Shown: positions 30,903 through 41,390 of the stretch, piece by piece | Numbering within the stretch: the stretch's first letter is position 1 | Layout: each line of letters starts with the position of its first letter | DNA from: an uncultured Ilumatobacter sp. | GTDB taxonomy: Bacteria > Actinomycetota > Acidimicrobiia > Acidimicrobiales > Ilumatobacteraceae | Direction: 5' to 3' | DNA length: 64,000 nt | NCBI GenBank assembly: GCA_905480335.1 | Contig: CAJQPY010000003.1 | Coordinates: forward strand, 161,457-225,456 | The notes under the pieces: model-generated | The model's database searches: none | The model's input: the letters and a program-made list of their open reading frames with translations, nothing else | Told to the model about the DNA's origin: nothing | Translations under genes and position numbers: made by a program

Positions 30903-31388
30903 ATGACCGAGGTGAGAGAAACCCAGCTGCCGGGCGTCGGCGTCAAACATGACTTCACGACCGACGACGGCCGCGAGGTGGGAGTGCTGGCCCACAAGGA
31001 TGGCCGACGGGAAATCGTCGTGTACGACGCGGTCGACACTGACAAGTGCTCGGTGCAAATGTCGCTCTCCGCAACCGACACCCGCACCCTCGCCGAGCTG
31101 CTCGGCACCAGTCAGGTCAACAGAGCGATTCAGGCCGCACAACAGGAAATCGAGGGTCTGGCGATCGATTGGCTGACCATCGAGTCCGACTCGCCATCGG
31201 CTGACAAGTCCATCGGCGATGGCGAGTTCCGCACCCGCACCGGCGTCTCAATCGTCGCCGTGATTCGCGGGGACACGCCCTTTCCGGCGCCTGGACCCGA
31301 CTTTAGGCTGCGGTCAAATGACGTCGCTGTGTGCGTCGGGACGATGGATGGGCTCGACCGGATGCGCCAGCTGATCGCTCCGCGCTGA
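30903..31388 (+). CDS. TrkA-C/RCK_C domain regulatory subunit of a CPA2 antiporter (KhtT-like)
   Basis: 161 aa from the ATG at 30903 (MTEVRETQLPGVGVKHDF...), with a C-terminal RCK_C-like GDGEFRTRTGVSIVAVIRG. It lies directly upstream of the antiporter gene. Confidence 0.7.
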   Translation: MTEVRETQLPGVGVKHDFTTDDGREVGVLAHKDGRREIVVYDAVDTDKCSVQMSLSATDTRTLAELLGTSQVNRAIQAAQQEIEGLAIDWLTIESDSPSADKSIGDGEFRTRTGVSIVAVIRGDTPFPAPGPDFRLRSNDVAVCVGTMDGLDRMRQLIAPR

Positions 31389-31408
31389 TCGCCGAAGCCG
31401 GGTTCACG

Positions 31409-32599
31409 ATGCCGATGCTCGCCGCCGGTAGCTCCGAAGCTGCCCTTGCCTTCCTCGAAGTCGGCGCCGTCGTGCTCGGCCTTGGCTTGCTCGCCAGGCT
31501 CGCCGGGCGTATCGGAATCACGGCAGTGCCGCTCTATCTCGTCGCCGGGCTTGCGTTCGGCGAGGGCGGCATCGCTCGACTTGACGTGAGTAAGGACTTC
31601 ATCGCTCTTGCTGCCGAGATCGGTGTGCTACTCCTCTTGTTCTCCCTCGGGCTCGAGTACAGCCAGCCGGAACTGCGTCAGGGGCTGCGCACCGGCGTCC
31701 CGCCCGGGGTTTTCGACATGGTCGCCAACGCCATCCCCGGGGTTGCACTCGGTTTCATCTTGGGTTGGGATCCACTCGCTGCAGTGCTGCTCGGCGGTGT
31801 CACCTGGATCTCGTCAAGCGGCATCATCTCCAAGGTGCTCGCCGATCTCGGCCGGTTGGCCAACCGTGAGACACCGGCAATTCTCAATCTGCTCGTGATT
31901 GAGGACCTCGCCATGGCCGTGTATCTCCCGGTCGTCGCTGCGCTGATCGTGGGCGGAAGCATCGAAGATATTTCAACGAGTGTTGCGATCGCGATCGTCA
32001 CACTGACGCTGATCCTTGTGGCCGCACTGCGATACGGACGCCAGTTCACGACACTGCTGGGTGGCGGCTCCGACGAGTCCTTACTGCTTTCGGTTCTTGG
32101 TGTCACGCTGCTGGTCGCAGGGGTGGCCCAATCGCTGCAGGTCTCGGGAGCGATCGGCGCATTCCTGGTCGGCCTAGCGCTGTCCGGCCCCGTAGCCGAA
32201 CGCGTAGAGCGACTGATGAATCCGTTGCAGGACCTCTTCGCCGCAACGTTTTTTCTTGTTTTCTCGTTCCAGATCGACCCCGCCGATCTCTTCGCTGCAG
32301 CGGTCCCCGCGATCGGGCTTGCACTGGTGACTATGACCACGAAACTGGCAACCGGCTGGTTCGCTGGCGCGCGGGTCGGAGCCGGACCACGAGGTCGAAT
32401 TCGTGTCGGCACGGCGCTGATGGCGCGCGGCGAGTTCTCAATCGTGATCGCAGCGCTCGGCATTGATCTCGCCAACGGACCTGAGCTCGGCGCTCTTGCC
32501 GCAGGGTATGTGTTGGTCACCGCAATCGTCGGCCCGATCGCCACTCGATATGCCGATCTCATCCCGATCGGACGGCTCGCCACCCCCCGAGCACGCTGA
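31409..32599 (+). CDS. cation:proton antiporter (CPA2 family, KhtU/YhaU-like)
   Basis: About 396-aa polytopic ORF of the Na+/H+ exchanger family type (VPLYLVAGLAFG, ARGEFSIV). The ATG at 31409 is preferred. Confidence 0.85.
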   Translation: MPMLAAGSSEAALAFLEVGAVVLGLGLLARLAGRIGITAVPLYLVAGLAFGEGGIARLDVSKDFIALAAEIGVLLLLFSLGLEYSQPELRQGLRTGVPPGVFDMVANAIPGVALGFILGWDPLAAVLLGGVTWISSSGIISKVLADLGRLANRETPAILNLLVIEDLAMAVYLPVVAALIVGGSIEDISTSVAIAIVTLTLILVAALRYGRQFTTLLGGGSDESLLLSVLGVTLLVAGVAQSLQVSGAIGAFLVGLALSGPVAERVERLMNPLQDLFAATFFLVFSFQIDPADLFAAAVPAIGLALVTMTTKLATGWFAGARVGAGPRGRIRVGTALMARGEFSIVIAALGIDLANGPELGALAAGYVLVTAIVGPIATRYADLIPIGRLATPRAR

Positions 32600-32654
32600 T
32601 CATTGATCCTCGCGACGCACGTCATCATCGCAGTACGGCACTAACTTCAGCGCC

Positions 32655-33476
32655 GTGATCACGTCCACGACCGAGACCGCTACAACCGCCGACGGCTTAG
32701 CCCAATTGCGCCGGCGATGGGTACCTGCCGGGCCTCCACACGCCGCTATGTTGATCGTCCACGGAATTGGCGAACACTCTGGGCGCTACGAACATGTCGG
32801 CGGCCACTTCGCCGATGCCGGAATTGATGTGTTGTCGTACGACCAACGTGGCTTTGGTGAGAGCGGCGGACACCGCGGTCACGTCGAAAGATTTGACGAG
32901 TTCCTTGACGATGCCGAGGTCTTGTTGTCGGAGCGTCGTTCACTCAATGTTCCGACCATCCTCCTCGGTCACTCTCTCGGTGGGCTCGTGTCTTCCAGTT
33001 ATCTCGTCAGCAAACGTCCACAACCGGACCTAGCAGTGTTGAGTGCACCTGCCCTTGATGCCGAGCTCCCTTCGTGGCAGCGGTTCGCTGCGCCAGCGCT
33101 CGGTACCATCGTCCCTCGACTCAGGATCCCCGCCGATTTCGACGGAAGCGTCCTCACACGAGACGAAGCCGTCCAAACGGCCTATGAGACCGATCCGCTC
33201 CGGGTCCCCGCTTCGACCGCCCGGCTTGGTCGCGAAACGTTGCGGACGATGAAGCACGTTCAGATGACCCTCGATCGTCTCCGGATTCCAACCTATGTGC
33301 TCCACGGAAGCGACGACACACTCGTCCCACCTGCAGCTTCGGAGTCGCTCGCTTCGCTTCCCAACGTGACACGCCAAATCTGGGATGGGCTGCGGCACGA
33401 GTGCATGAACGAACCAGAGCACGCCGAGGTCATCGCAGAAATCATCACGTGGATCAACGCGCAGCTCGATGTCTGA
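32655..33476 (+). CDS. alpha/beta hydrolase (monoacylglycerol lipase/lysophospholipase-like)
   Basis: HGIGEHSGRYEHV oxyanion region, GHSLGG nucleophile elbow and a C-terminal LRHE. Confidence 0.8.
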   Translation: MITSTTETATTADGLAQLRRRWVPAGPPHAAMLIVHGIGEHSGRYEHVGGHFADAGIDVLSYDQRGFGESGGHRGHVERFDEFLDDAEVLLSERRSLNVPTILLGHSLGGLVSSSYLVSKRPQPDLAVLSAPALDAELPSWQRFAAPALGTIVPRLRIPADFDGSVLTRDEAVQTAYETDPLRVPASTARLGRETLRTMKHVQMTLDRLRIPTYVLHGSDDTLVPPAASESLASLPNVTRQIWDGLRHECMNEPEHAEVIAEIITWINAQLDV

Positions 33477-34824
33477 CCTTCCCAGTCCAACCGATCCCAC
33501 CGCCGAGTTCGCCGACGACTCCAACGGAGCGTCCACATCGCCAGTGAGTCCGGCCGCAGAGGACGCGGCTCGAGCCGACCGCCTCCACCGGGCCACCATC
33601 GAGTTCGGCCTCGACAGCGAGCAGGCGGAACTCTTCGAGACTGCCGTCGACGCTGCCATGACCATTCCTGATGACATTACGGCCGTCGTCGCAGCACTGG
33701 CTGATCCCGATGTCGCCGAGGCAGTGTGGACTCGCTGGGGTGATATCGAGGTACTGGGCCCAGCCCTCGACGGTCTCATCGCCCGTCTCGACGGCGTTGC
33801 CAATCCCAACGGTGGAACGGTGTGGCTAACCGCCCGCCACGAGGCGTGGCACGGCCGCACCTCCGAGGCGGTCGAGCGACTCGAACGCGCCGCCGAAGTC
33901 GAGTACCCAATGGTCCTAATCGATCTGGCAGCCACCGAAGCGGATCGGAGCAATCCGCTCGGTGCACGTGACCTGCTCGTTCGGGCCGGCATCGATGTCG
34001 ACATCGACTTGGACGCTGCGTACGATCCGCATCTTTCAGGCACAGACTTCGGCGCTGAACTGGCTGAGGAGGTGGCGCCATTCGCTGCGATGCGGCCACC
34101 TGCGATGGCCGGACGGAACGAGCGCTGCCCGTGCGGCTCGGGTACGAAGTACAAACACTGCCACCTCGGCAACGAGCTGCACCCGCTCACCGATCGTGCC
34201 GGATGGTTGTACGTAAAATTGATGCGATTTATGCAAGTGAATCACCCGCAGATCCAGAGGGCGGTCGCCGACGACATCGTCGAATCGGTCGTCGACCCCG
34301 GTCTCCGCTCCATGGTCCACGAGTCATATCTCGGCATTGACCTCGCATTGTTCGAAGGGGGTATCGCAGAACGCTTTCTCCATTCCAAGCGCACGGTTCT
34401 GCCCGCCGACGAGGCCGCACTCCTGCAAACATGGATCGATGCGTCACGAACGGTGCTTGAGGTCAAGCGCTCACGACCTGGCTCAATGGACGTCGTCGAC
34501 CTCGCCACACGCGTTCAGGCAACTGTCGTTGACACGGTGCCGGAGGAGCCAATCGAAATCGGGTGGAAAGTTATCGGACGGCTCGTTCCGGTCGGTGACT
34601 CGCACCGCGCGTACGGCGGCTTTCTTCCCGTGAATGACGACATGGTTACAGCAATGCTGGACGCGTTCTCAACACGTGAACTCGAGACGGCGACAATCGC
34701 GCTCGGCCAAATCTTCGATACGGCGACCACGCAGGACGAGATCCAGGATTTGTTTGCGGAAAGCCTCGACACGGGCGAGCTCAGCGCGCTCCTAAAGGAG
34801 ATGGGTAGCGCTGATGGGGTATAA
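33469..34824 (+). CDS. SEC-C motif domain protein of unknown function
   Basis: 451-aa acidic ORF with an internal CPCGSGTKYKHCH metal-binding SEC-C motif. Its start overlaps the hydrolase stop by 8 nt. Confidence 0.7.
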   Translation: MSDLPSPTDPTAEFADDSNGASTSPVSPAAEDAARADRLHRATIEFGLDSEQAELFETAVDAAMTIPDDITAVVAALADPDVAEAVWTRWGDIEVLGPALDGLIARLDGVANPNGGTVWLTARHEAWHGRTSEAVERLERAAEVEYPMVLIDLAATEADRSNPLGARDLLVRAGIDVDIDLDAAYDPHLSGTDFGAELAEEVAPFAAMRPPAMAGRNERCPCGSGTKYKHCHLGNELHPLTDRAGWLYVKLMRFMQVNHPQIQRAVADDIVESVVDPGLRSMVHESYLGIDLALFEGGIAERFLHSKRTVLPADEAALLQTWIDASRTVLEVKRSRPGSMDVVDLATRVQATVVDTVPEEPIEIGWKVIGRLVPVGDSHRAYGGFLPVNDDMVTAMLDAFSTRELETATIALGQIFDTATTQDEIQDLFAESLDTGELSALLKEMGSADGV

Positions 34825-34887
34825 CAATTTGCGGCGTCTCGACTCGAACAAATGAGAAACCGGAAGCTCTATGCAGTCAGAGTGAGC

Positions 34888-36366
34888 TCAGCCCATCCTT
34901 TTGTTGAGTAGCACGTTGACAGCTTTGCCGTCGGCCTGACCCCTCGACGCCTTCATCACCTCGCCGACCAGAGCGCCGCCCGCCTTTGCTTCGCCAGCGC
35001 AGAATTTGGCCCAAGCCTCGGGTTGTGCTGCGATCGCTGCGTCGACCATCGCTTCGAGTTCGGACGTCTCCATGGCTTCGAAGCCGAGCGCTGCAGCGAT
35101 CGCTTCAGGGTCACGTTCGTGGTCCCCGGCAATCATTGCGTCGAGTAAAATTTTAGCCTGCGTCGCTGTGATCGCTCCGCTTGCTTCCATGGTCGTGAGG
35201 ACAGCAAGTCGACCGGTCGGCACCACGATCGAAGCCTCAGGAGACTCCTTGACATGTTTGAGGGCCAGTCCAACGTCGCCATCTTCGCGACCAACGTTGA
35301 GAACGTAAACATCCTGATCGCGTTCCACCACGAGCATCACGGTCTCGGAATCCGCCGACTGACCGCTTGCATCCGCAAGTGCCGTTCGACGCGCTGCAGG
35401 TAACGGCGCCAGCTCGGCGCGAACTCGTTCGATCCATTCGGGACCCGGGTCAACCACGACCAAGTCAGGCTCTAGGAAGTATCGGTAGTCGTCGGCATCT
35501 TCCTTCGAGCGCAGGGTGTGCGTCTTGCCGTCGTTCTCGTCCCAGTGGCGGGTTTGCTGGATAACCGGCTCACCGGCCTCATGGAGGGTGATCTGGCGCT
35601 TTGCCTCGTACTCGATGGCCCGGCCGAGCGACCGAACCGAGTTGACATTCTTGATCTCACATCGTGTGCTGAAATCGGCCCCCGGCCGACGGACGCTCAC
35701 GTTGGCATCGACGCGCATGGAACCCTCCTCCATTTTCGCGTCGGACGCGCCAATCGCCACAAGGATCGCACGGAGCTCGGTTGCGTAGGCCTTGGCCTGA
35801 TCGGGATGACGGATGTCTGGGCGACTGACGATTTCGACTAGGGGAACGCCGGCACGGTTGAAGTCGATGAGCGAGTAGTCCGAGCCGTGAATCCGTCCGC
35901 CAACGCCACCAACATGGGTGGACTTGCCTGTGTCCTCCTCAAGGTGACCGCGCTCGATGCCGACCCGAAATCCATTGGGCAGGTCAAGCCATCCGTCGGC
36001 GGCGATCGGCTCTTCATATTGACTGATCTGATACGCCTTCGGCATGTCGGGGTAGAAGTAGTTCTTGCGGGCAAACGTTGACTTCTGAACTCGACAATTA
36101 AGCGCAAGCCCGAGGCGCATCGCAAGCTCAACAGCTCGGCGGTTGAGCACTGGGAGCGCACCCGGGAGCCCCAAGGTGACGGGGTCGATATTCGTGTTGG
36201 GTTCGTCGCCGAAGCGGTTCGGCGACGCAGAAAAGAGCTTCGTCTTCGTGGCAAGCTCGACATGCACCTCAAGACCGACGACCATCTCCCATCCGTTGTT
36301 CGTCCACCGCTCGTGGTCGGCATTCGACGGGTGGAACTCGTCGTCGTTCACGTAAGCAATCGTCAT
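34888..36366 (-). CDS. gatB: Asp/Glu-tRNA amidotransferase subunit B
   Basis: 492-aa ORF (WEMVVGLEVHVEL, GatB/YqeY C-terminal domain). Confidence 0.93.
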   Translation of the reverse strand: MTIAYVNDDEFHPSNADHERWTNNGWEMVVGLEVHVELATKTKLFSASPNRFGDEPNTNIDPVTLGLPGALPVLNRRAVELAMRLGLALNCRVQKSTFARKNYFYPDMPKAYQISQYEEPIAADGWLDLPNGFRVGIERGHLEEDTGKSTHVGGVGGRIHGSDYSLIDFNRAGVPLVEIVSRPDIRHPDQAKAYATELRAILVAIGASDAKMEEGSMRVDANVSVRRPGADFSTRCEIKNVNSVRSLGRAIEYEAKRQITLHEAGEPVIQQTRHWDENDGKTHTLRSKEDADDYRYFLEPDLVVVDPGPEWIERVRAELAPLPAARRTALADASGQSADSETVMLVVERDQDVYVLNVGREDGDVGLALKHVKESPEASIVVPTGRLAVLTTMEASGAITATQAKILLDAMIAGDHERDPEAIAAALGFEAMETSELEAMVDAAIAAQPEAWAKFCAGEAKAGGALVGEVMKASRGQADGKAVNVLLNKRMG

Positions 36367-36451
36367 CGGTCAACCTCGGTCATTTGTTGTGTTCTGGACC
36401 GGGTTGATCGTTGGGAAATTTGTTGGTGCCGGGGCGGCGCAGATCGTTTGA

Positions 36452-37900
36452 TCATGAATCGGCTCCCGTTGTCGGGGAACATCGTTCGAGCTCGCCCGCA
36501 ACGCGGAACATCATGGCGTCGTTGAGTGCTGGTGCGAGCACCTGCACGCCAACCGGCAGCCCACCGTCACCGGTCCCGAACGGAACGCTCATACCCGGGT
36601 CACCGGACAGGTTCGACGGAATGGTGTACGTGTCGCACAGGTACATGGCCAGTGGGTCCGATGACTTATCACCGATCTCGAAAGCCACTGTGGGAGATGC
36701 CGGCGTGAGCAACACATCGACCTTTGCGTATGCGGCGGCGAAGTCGCCTGCGATCAATCGGCGGATCTTCTGCGCTCGGCCGTAGTACGCGTCGTAGTAG
36801 CCGGCCGAAAGCGCATAGGTCCCGAGCATGATCCGCCGCTTGACCTCTGCGCCAAAACCCTCAGTTCGCGTGGCCATGTACATCTGATTTGTGTCTGGAG
36901 CAGCAACCCGCGTCCCAAAGCGGACCCCGTCGAACCGGGCCAGGTTGCTCGATGCCTCTGCCGGTGCTATCAGGTAGTACGCCGTGAGGCCGTAGCCGAA
37001 TGCCGGAACCTCGACATCGACGATATCGGCACCGGCGTCAGCCATCGCTTCAAACGCCTCGTCAAGCCTCGCCTGGACGTCTGGGCTGGCGCCGCTGGGG
37101 AGGTCGGTGATCCGGCCGACACGCAACCCGGCCACACCCATTTGCAGATTTGCCCGAAGATCGAGCGGTAGCTGCTCGATACTCGTCGAGTCGGCGGGAT
37201 CATGGCCAGAGATGACTTCAAGCGCCAGCGCAGCGTCGTCGACGGTCGTGGCGAACGGGCCAATCTGGTCGAGGCTCGATCCGAACGCAATGAGTCCAAG
37301 ACGGCTCACGGCGCCGTACGTCGGCTTGACGCCAACGGTGCCGCACAGTGCAGCCGGCTGCCGGATCGAGCCGCCAGTATCGGATCCGAGGCTGAGCGGC
37401 ACGAATCCAGCTGCGACAGCGGCGGCCGATCCTCCCGATGAACCGCCTGGCACACGGCTGGTGTCGAGTGGGTTCCTCGTCGGCCCAAAAGCAGAGTTCT
37501 CGGTGCTGGACCCCATGGCGAACTCGTCCAGGTTCGTTTTGCCAAGCACAATCGCTCCGGCCTCGCGCAAGCGCGTCACCACGGTGGCGTCGTACGGGGG
37601 CTTCCAGTTACCGAGGATCTTGGACGAGCACGTCGTCGGGATGCCCTGCGTGCACAAGTTGTCCTTGAGTGCCACCGGGACTCCTGCAAGGGGTCCGGGG
37701 TCGATTCCCGCCGCAACCATCTCATCGATGGATGAGGCGTTTTCACGTGCCTCGTCAGCGAGGACCAGGTTGAAGGCGTGGATTTCGTCATCGAGCGCGT
37801 CGATCGCGGCAAGGTGACGCTCAACAACAGCGGCGGCGGTGGTCGTGCCAAACCGGACCTCTTCGGCAATCTTGGCTGCGCTAATAGGTTCGTTCATCAT
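36452..37900 (-). CDS. gatA: Asp/Glu-tRNA amidotransferase subunit A
   Basis: 482-aa ORF with the amidase signature GGSSGGSAAAVAAG. Confidence 0.93.
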   Translation of the reverse strand: MMNEPISAAKIAEEVRFGTTTAAAVVERHLAAIDALDDEIHAFNLVLADEARENASSIDEMVAAGIDPGPLAGVPVALKDNLCTQGIPTTCSSKILGNWKPPYDATVVTRLREAGAIVLGKTNLDEFAMGSSTENSAFGPTRNPLDTSRVPGGSSGGSAAAVAAGFVPLSLGSDTGGSIRQPAALCGTVGVKPTYGAVSRLGLIAFGSSLDQIGPFATTVDDAALALEVISGHDPADSTSIEQLPLDLRANLQMGVAGLRVGRITDLPSGASPDVQARLDEAFEAMADAGADIVDVEVPAFGYGLTAYYLIAPAEASSNLARFDGVRFGTRVAAPDTNQMYMATRTEGFGAEVKRRIMLGTYALSAGYYDAYYGRAQKIRRLIAGDFAAAYAKVDVLLTPASPTVAFEIGDKSSDPLAMYLCDTYTIPSNLSGDPGMSVPFGTGDGGLPVGVQVLAPALNDAMMFRVAGELERCSPTTGADS

Positions 37901-38211
37901 TAATCGTTAAGCCCGAGAATCGGCGGGACGCGAAAGCGGCGATCTTCAGCAAGAGGTGCTGCGGCGAGCACCTCGTCGCGGTCGAGGCACTCCCCTACCA
38001 CGTCGTCACGCATCACGTTGGCGAGATGCGTCGGATTGTTCATCGGCTCAACACCGTCAAGGTCAAGCGCATCGATCTCGCCGAAGTAGTCGAGCATCGC
38101 TCCGAGTTCGGTCGTGGCAGTGGCAAGTTCTTCATCGGTGAGCGTGAGCCGGGCTAGCGCGGCAACCTTGCTCACGTCCGCAGGCTCGATTCGATTGGTC
38201 ACGGCCTGCAC
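37900..38211 (-). CDS. gatC: Asp/Glu-tRNA amidotransferase subunit C
   Basis: 103-aa ORF immediately upstream of gatA (1-nt overlap), with VAALARLTLTDEEL typical of GatC. Confidence 0.88.
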   Translation of the reverse strand: MQAVTNRIEPADVSKVAALARLTLTDEELATATTELGAMLDYFGEIDALDLDGVEPMNNPTHLANVMRDDVVGECLDRDEVLAAAPLAEDRRFRVPPILGLND

Positions 38212-38303
38212 GATAACCGTTCGAGATCGCGCCCGGCATGGAAGAAATCCCTCATCCGCACTGCTCCTGGCACGTGGGCGCTGTGATGCAGGATCCCTGC
38301 TGG

Positions 38304-40442
38304 TCAGTCGAGACGGGCGAGCGTGAACAGGACTGCTGACTCAGGGTGGAGCGTAGGCGGCTGGATGCCGTGGAACGCGAGTTGCCGACCCGACAGGGTG
38401 ATCCCCTCGGCCATCCAGACCGGCTGTGTTCGCCCTGCTCCCCATCGTTCGTGGGGAACTGGCAGATGCGCAACCCGGTACTGGGCATCGAGATCGAGAC
38501 CCGGCATCCGCAGCGGCGGCGGCGTCTGGCTCGGCGCTGTGGCGAGCTGTGCGAACGACACGATCGCATGTGAACGGTCACGGGCGTAGACACCGTGGGC
38601 GTTGAACGACGGGTCGGTGGAGAAGCGCACGGTGTCACCGCTGTGCAGCAACTCGCGGTGCTCCTTATACATCGCGATAATCGCACGCAGCGTTGTATGG
38701 TCCTCGTCGCTGAGCTCCGTGACGTCCCATTCAACGCCGAGGTGCCCAAACAGCGCTGTCGCGGCCCGGAACGACAGCGAGTGCGTCCGCCCAGTGGTGT
38801 GGGATTTGGTCGGCCCGATATGGGCACCCATCACTTCGGGCGGGATCAACATCGATGCACCCCGATGAATCGTCTGGCGTTCGAGCGCATCGTTGCAGTC
38901 GCTCGTCCAAACCCGCTCGGTGCGACGCAGGATTTCGTGGTCGATCCGGGCGCCGCCGCTCGCACACGACTCGAATTCGACTGCCGGATGCTTAGCGCGA
39001 AGCGCGTCGAGCAATCGGTACAGCGCAAGAGTCTGAGCGCGGGTGCCCGCTGCTCCGTCTCGCCCGCTGCTTTGTATGTGGTCACGATTCATGTCCCACT
39101 TCACATACGCGATGTCGTGATCACGCAGCAGCGCGTCGAGTGCCTCTTCAATAAACGCGAAGGCGGCTGGATTGCCTAAGTCGAGCACAAGTTGCTGACG
39201 ACCGAGCAACGGCTCGTAGCCATCAGTGATCAGCGCCCAGTCCGGATGAGCGCGAAACATGTCACTGTCCGGGTTGACCATCTCAGGCTCGACCCAGATT
39301 CCGAACTCCATGCCCAGACCGGTGACATGGTCGATCAACGGTCCCAGACCATCGGGGTACACCGTGTCGGACACCCACCAGTCACCGAGGCCCTTAGTGT
39401 CATCACGTCGCGAGCCGAACCACCCGTCATCGAGGACAAATCGTTCGATGCCAAGGTCAGCTGCGGCGTCGGCGAGCGCCTTCAGCTTGTCAACGTCATG
39501 ATTGAAGTAGACCGCTTCCCACGTATTCAATAACACTGGCCTCGGCGTCACGGTGTGGGTGTTGCAGGAACGCACTGCTCGGTGAAATCCCCACGCTGCC
39601 CGGGAGAGACCCGTGGGAGAGCACACAGCAATAAAGTCGGGAGTTGAGTAGCTTTCGCCCGGCTCAAGGACTACCTCGCCGGGGTGTAACAACTCGCCTC
39701 CCTGCAGATAGCGGCGGCCGTCGGGAAGCCTTTCGGCGAACAATGTGTGGTTACCACTCCATGCAACGTGAGCGCCCCACACCTCGCCACTCCACTCTGT
39801 GAAATCGCGTTCCCCGGCAAAGACGAGCGAAGGGGTTTCGTGAGATGTTCGTCCGCGTCGGTTCTCCACGACGTACGAGCCATGCAGCCATTCACGGCGA
39901 AGCGGGTGAAACTCGCGAGACCATCGACCTTCAAATGTGAGAAGTTCAGCGGCGTGCTCGGCGAGCGGCAGGGTCACTGACAGTGCGTCAAGGGAATAGC
40001 GCCGCCCACCAACATTTCTTACCGTCGCAGTTATGCGCAGAACATGATCGACCGTAATCGAAGTCGTGAGCGCTAGGCCGGCGAGTTCGTCGATGGCATC
40101 GACGGTGAGGCAACGCCCGACCTGTGAGTGGGAAACGGTCGAAAATCGAGGTGCCCATGCACGGCCACCGCCACGCCGACCGAGTAGCCCTGGTCGACCC
40201 GTAAATCCGGAACCGTGCTCTGGGACGACGGAAACCGGCGCAATTGCGTCACACGCGCCGTTGACAATTGGACGATCCAACGCTGGGCCAATGGATCCCA
40301 TGACGGCTTCGGCTCCGAGAGGTGTCCCCCAGTACAAAATCGTCGGAGCACCGGTCGAGACATCGATCACAGCCTCCACGTGAACGCCGGTCAGTTGGAC
40401 GAGTGCTGTCATCGCGGCCTTGTTCACTCGAGGCGCGTGCAA
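38304..40442 (-). CDS. alpha-galactosidase (GH36)
   Basis: 712-aa ORF with FVLDDGWFGSRRDD...GLGDW and a KWDMNR catalytic region. Confidence 0.88.
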   Translation of the reverse strand: MHAPRVNKAAMTALVQLTGVHVEAVIDVSTGAPTILYWGTPLGAEAVMGSIGPALDRPIVNGACDAIAPVSVVPEHGSGFTGRPGLLGRRGGGRAWAPRFSTVSHSQVGRCLTVDAIDELAGLALTTSITVDHVLRITATVRNVGGRRYSLDALSVTLPLAEHAAELLTFEGRWSREFHPLRREWLHGSYVVENRRGRTSHETPSLVFAGERDFTEWSGEVWGAHVAWSGNHTLFAERLPDGRRYLQGGELLHPGEVVLEPGESYSTPDFIAVCSPTGLSRAAWGFHRAVRSCNTHTVTPRPVLLNTWEAVYFNHDVDKLKALADAAADLGIERFVLDDGWFGSRRDDTKGLGDWWVSDTVYPDGLGPLIDHVTGLGMEFGIWVEPEMVNPDSDMFRAHPDWALITDGYEPLLGRQQLVLDLGNPAAFAFIEEALDALLRDHDIAYVKWDMNRDHIQSSGRDGAAGTRAQTLALYRLLDALRAKHPAVEFESCASGGARIDHEILRRTERVWTSDCNDALERQTIHRGASMLIPPEVMGAHIGPTKSHTTGRTHSLSFRAATALFGHLGVEWDVTELSDEDHTTLRAIIAMYKEHRELLHSGDTVRFSTDPSFNAHGVYARDRSHAIVSFAQLATAPSQTPPPLRMPGLDLDAQYRVAHLPVPHERWGAGRTQPVWMAEGITLSGRQLAFHGIQPPTLHPESAVLFTLARLD

Positions 40443-40445
40443 CGC

Positions 40446-41390
40446 TCAGATGAGCGGCTCACCCGTCGAGGGGTCTCCACCAGGGTCAATTTTAGTTCGA
40501 CTGTCGGTGCCTTCGAGATCATCACCCAGGCTAATACCGCCGACCGTGCTGTCGTCGGGCGCGTCGCCCAGAGGTTCTATCTCCGGTCGAGCGCGGAGCA
40601 CGAAGAACAGCGCCAGCCCGACGACAACCGATCCGAGTGCAACCCACTGATTCCAGCGGAACGGTCCGACGTCGTCAGCTGGGTCAACGCGCAAACCTTC
40701 GACCCAGAAGCGGCCCACCCCGTAGAAGGCCAGGTACAGCCCCATGAGCGAACCACCGCTGGGACGCCATCGGCGGTCGATGTACAACAGCACGAACACC
40801 GTGGCCAGACTCCATAACGATTCATAGAGAAACGTCGGATGGAAGGTAGTTCCGACTGCGAACAGTTCTCCGGTCGCCGGATTCTCGACTAGGTGGTCCG
40901 CATCAATCTCGAGCGCCCACGGAAGGTCGGTCGGCCGGCCGTAAAGCTCCTGGTTGAAGTAGTTGCCCCAGCGTCCGATCGCCTGCGCCAGCGGAATCGC
41001 AGGCGCCGCGCACGTCGCTGCTGTGGCGAACGGGATCCCCCGCTGTTTGGCCATGTATAGACCGACCGGGATGCCGAACAACAACCCGCCAGGAATGCCA
41101 AGGCCTCCTTCCCACAGCTTCGGGATGTCGGCGTAGTTATTCTCGAAACGATCCCAGTCGGTGGCGACGTGATAGAGCCGGGCGCCGATGACGCCCGCAA
41201 GCACCGCCCAGATCGCGATTGAGCTCGCATCGTCCTGGGTTCCGGCGCCACGTTCTTCCAGTCGGCGCCCGAACAGCCAGACCCCTGCCACGACACCGAA
41301 CGCAATGGCGAGGCCATAGATGTTCAGGCTCAGCGGGCCGATGTCGATTGAGTTGAACGACGGGCTCGGGATGGAGGCAAGCGTGCTCAA
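40446..41390 (-). CDS. lgt: prolipoprotein diacylglyceryl transferase
   Basis: 314-aa membrane ORF with Lgt-like motifs (YGLAIAFG, GRWGNYFNQELYG) and an acidic C-terminal extension. Confidence 0.88.
   Translation of the reverse strand: MSTLASIPSPSFNSIDIGPLSLNIYGLAIAFGVVAGVWLFGRRLEERGAGTQDDASSIAIWAVLAGVIGARLYHVATDWDRFENNYADIPKLWEGGLGIPGGLLFGIPVGLYMAKQRGIPFATAATCAAPAIPLAQAIGRWGNYFNQELYGRPTDLPWALEIDADHLVENPATGELFAVGTTFHPTFLYESLWSLATVFVLLYIDRRWRPSGGSLMGLYLAFYGVGRFWVEGLRVDPADDVGPFRWNQWVALGSVVVGLALFFVLRARPEIEPLGDAPDDSTVGGISLGDDLEGTDSRTKIDPGGDPSTGEPLI

Noticed and set aside
31678-32628. 316-aa minus-strand ORF
   Set aside because: It is antisense to the CPA2 antiporter, whose polytopic membrane pattern is convincing. 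The minus-strand product is Ser/Pro/Arg/Ala-rich.
33030-34190. 386-aa minus-strand ORF
   Set aside because: It is antisense to the hydrolase and SEC-C genes, with Ser/Ala/Arg-rich low-complexity translation and no motifs.
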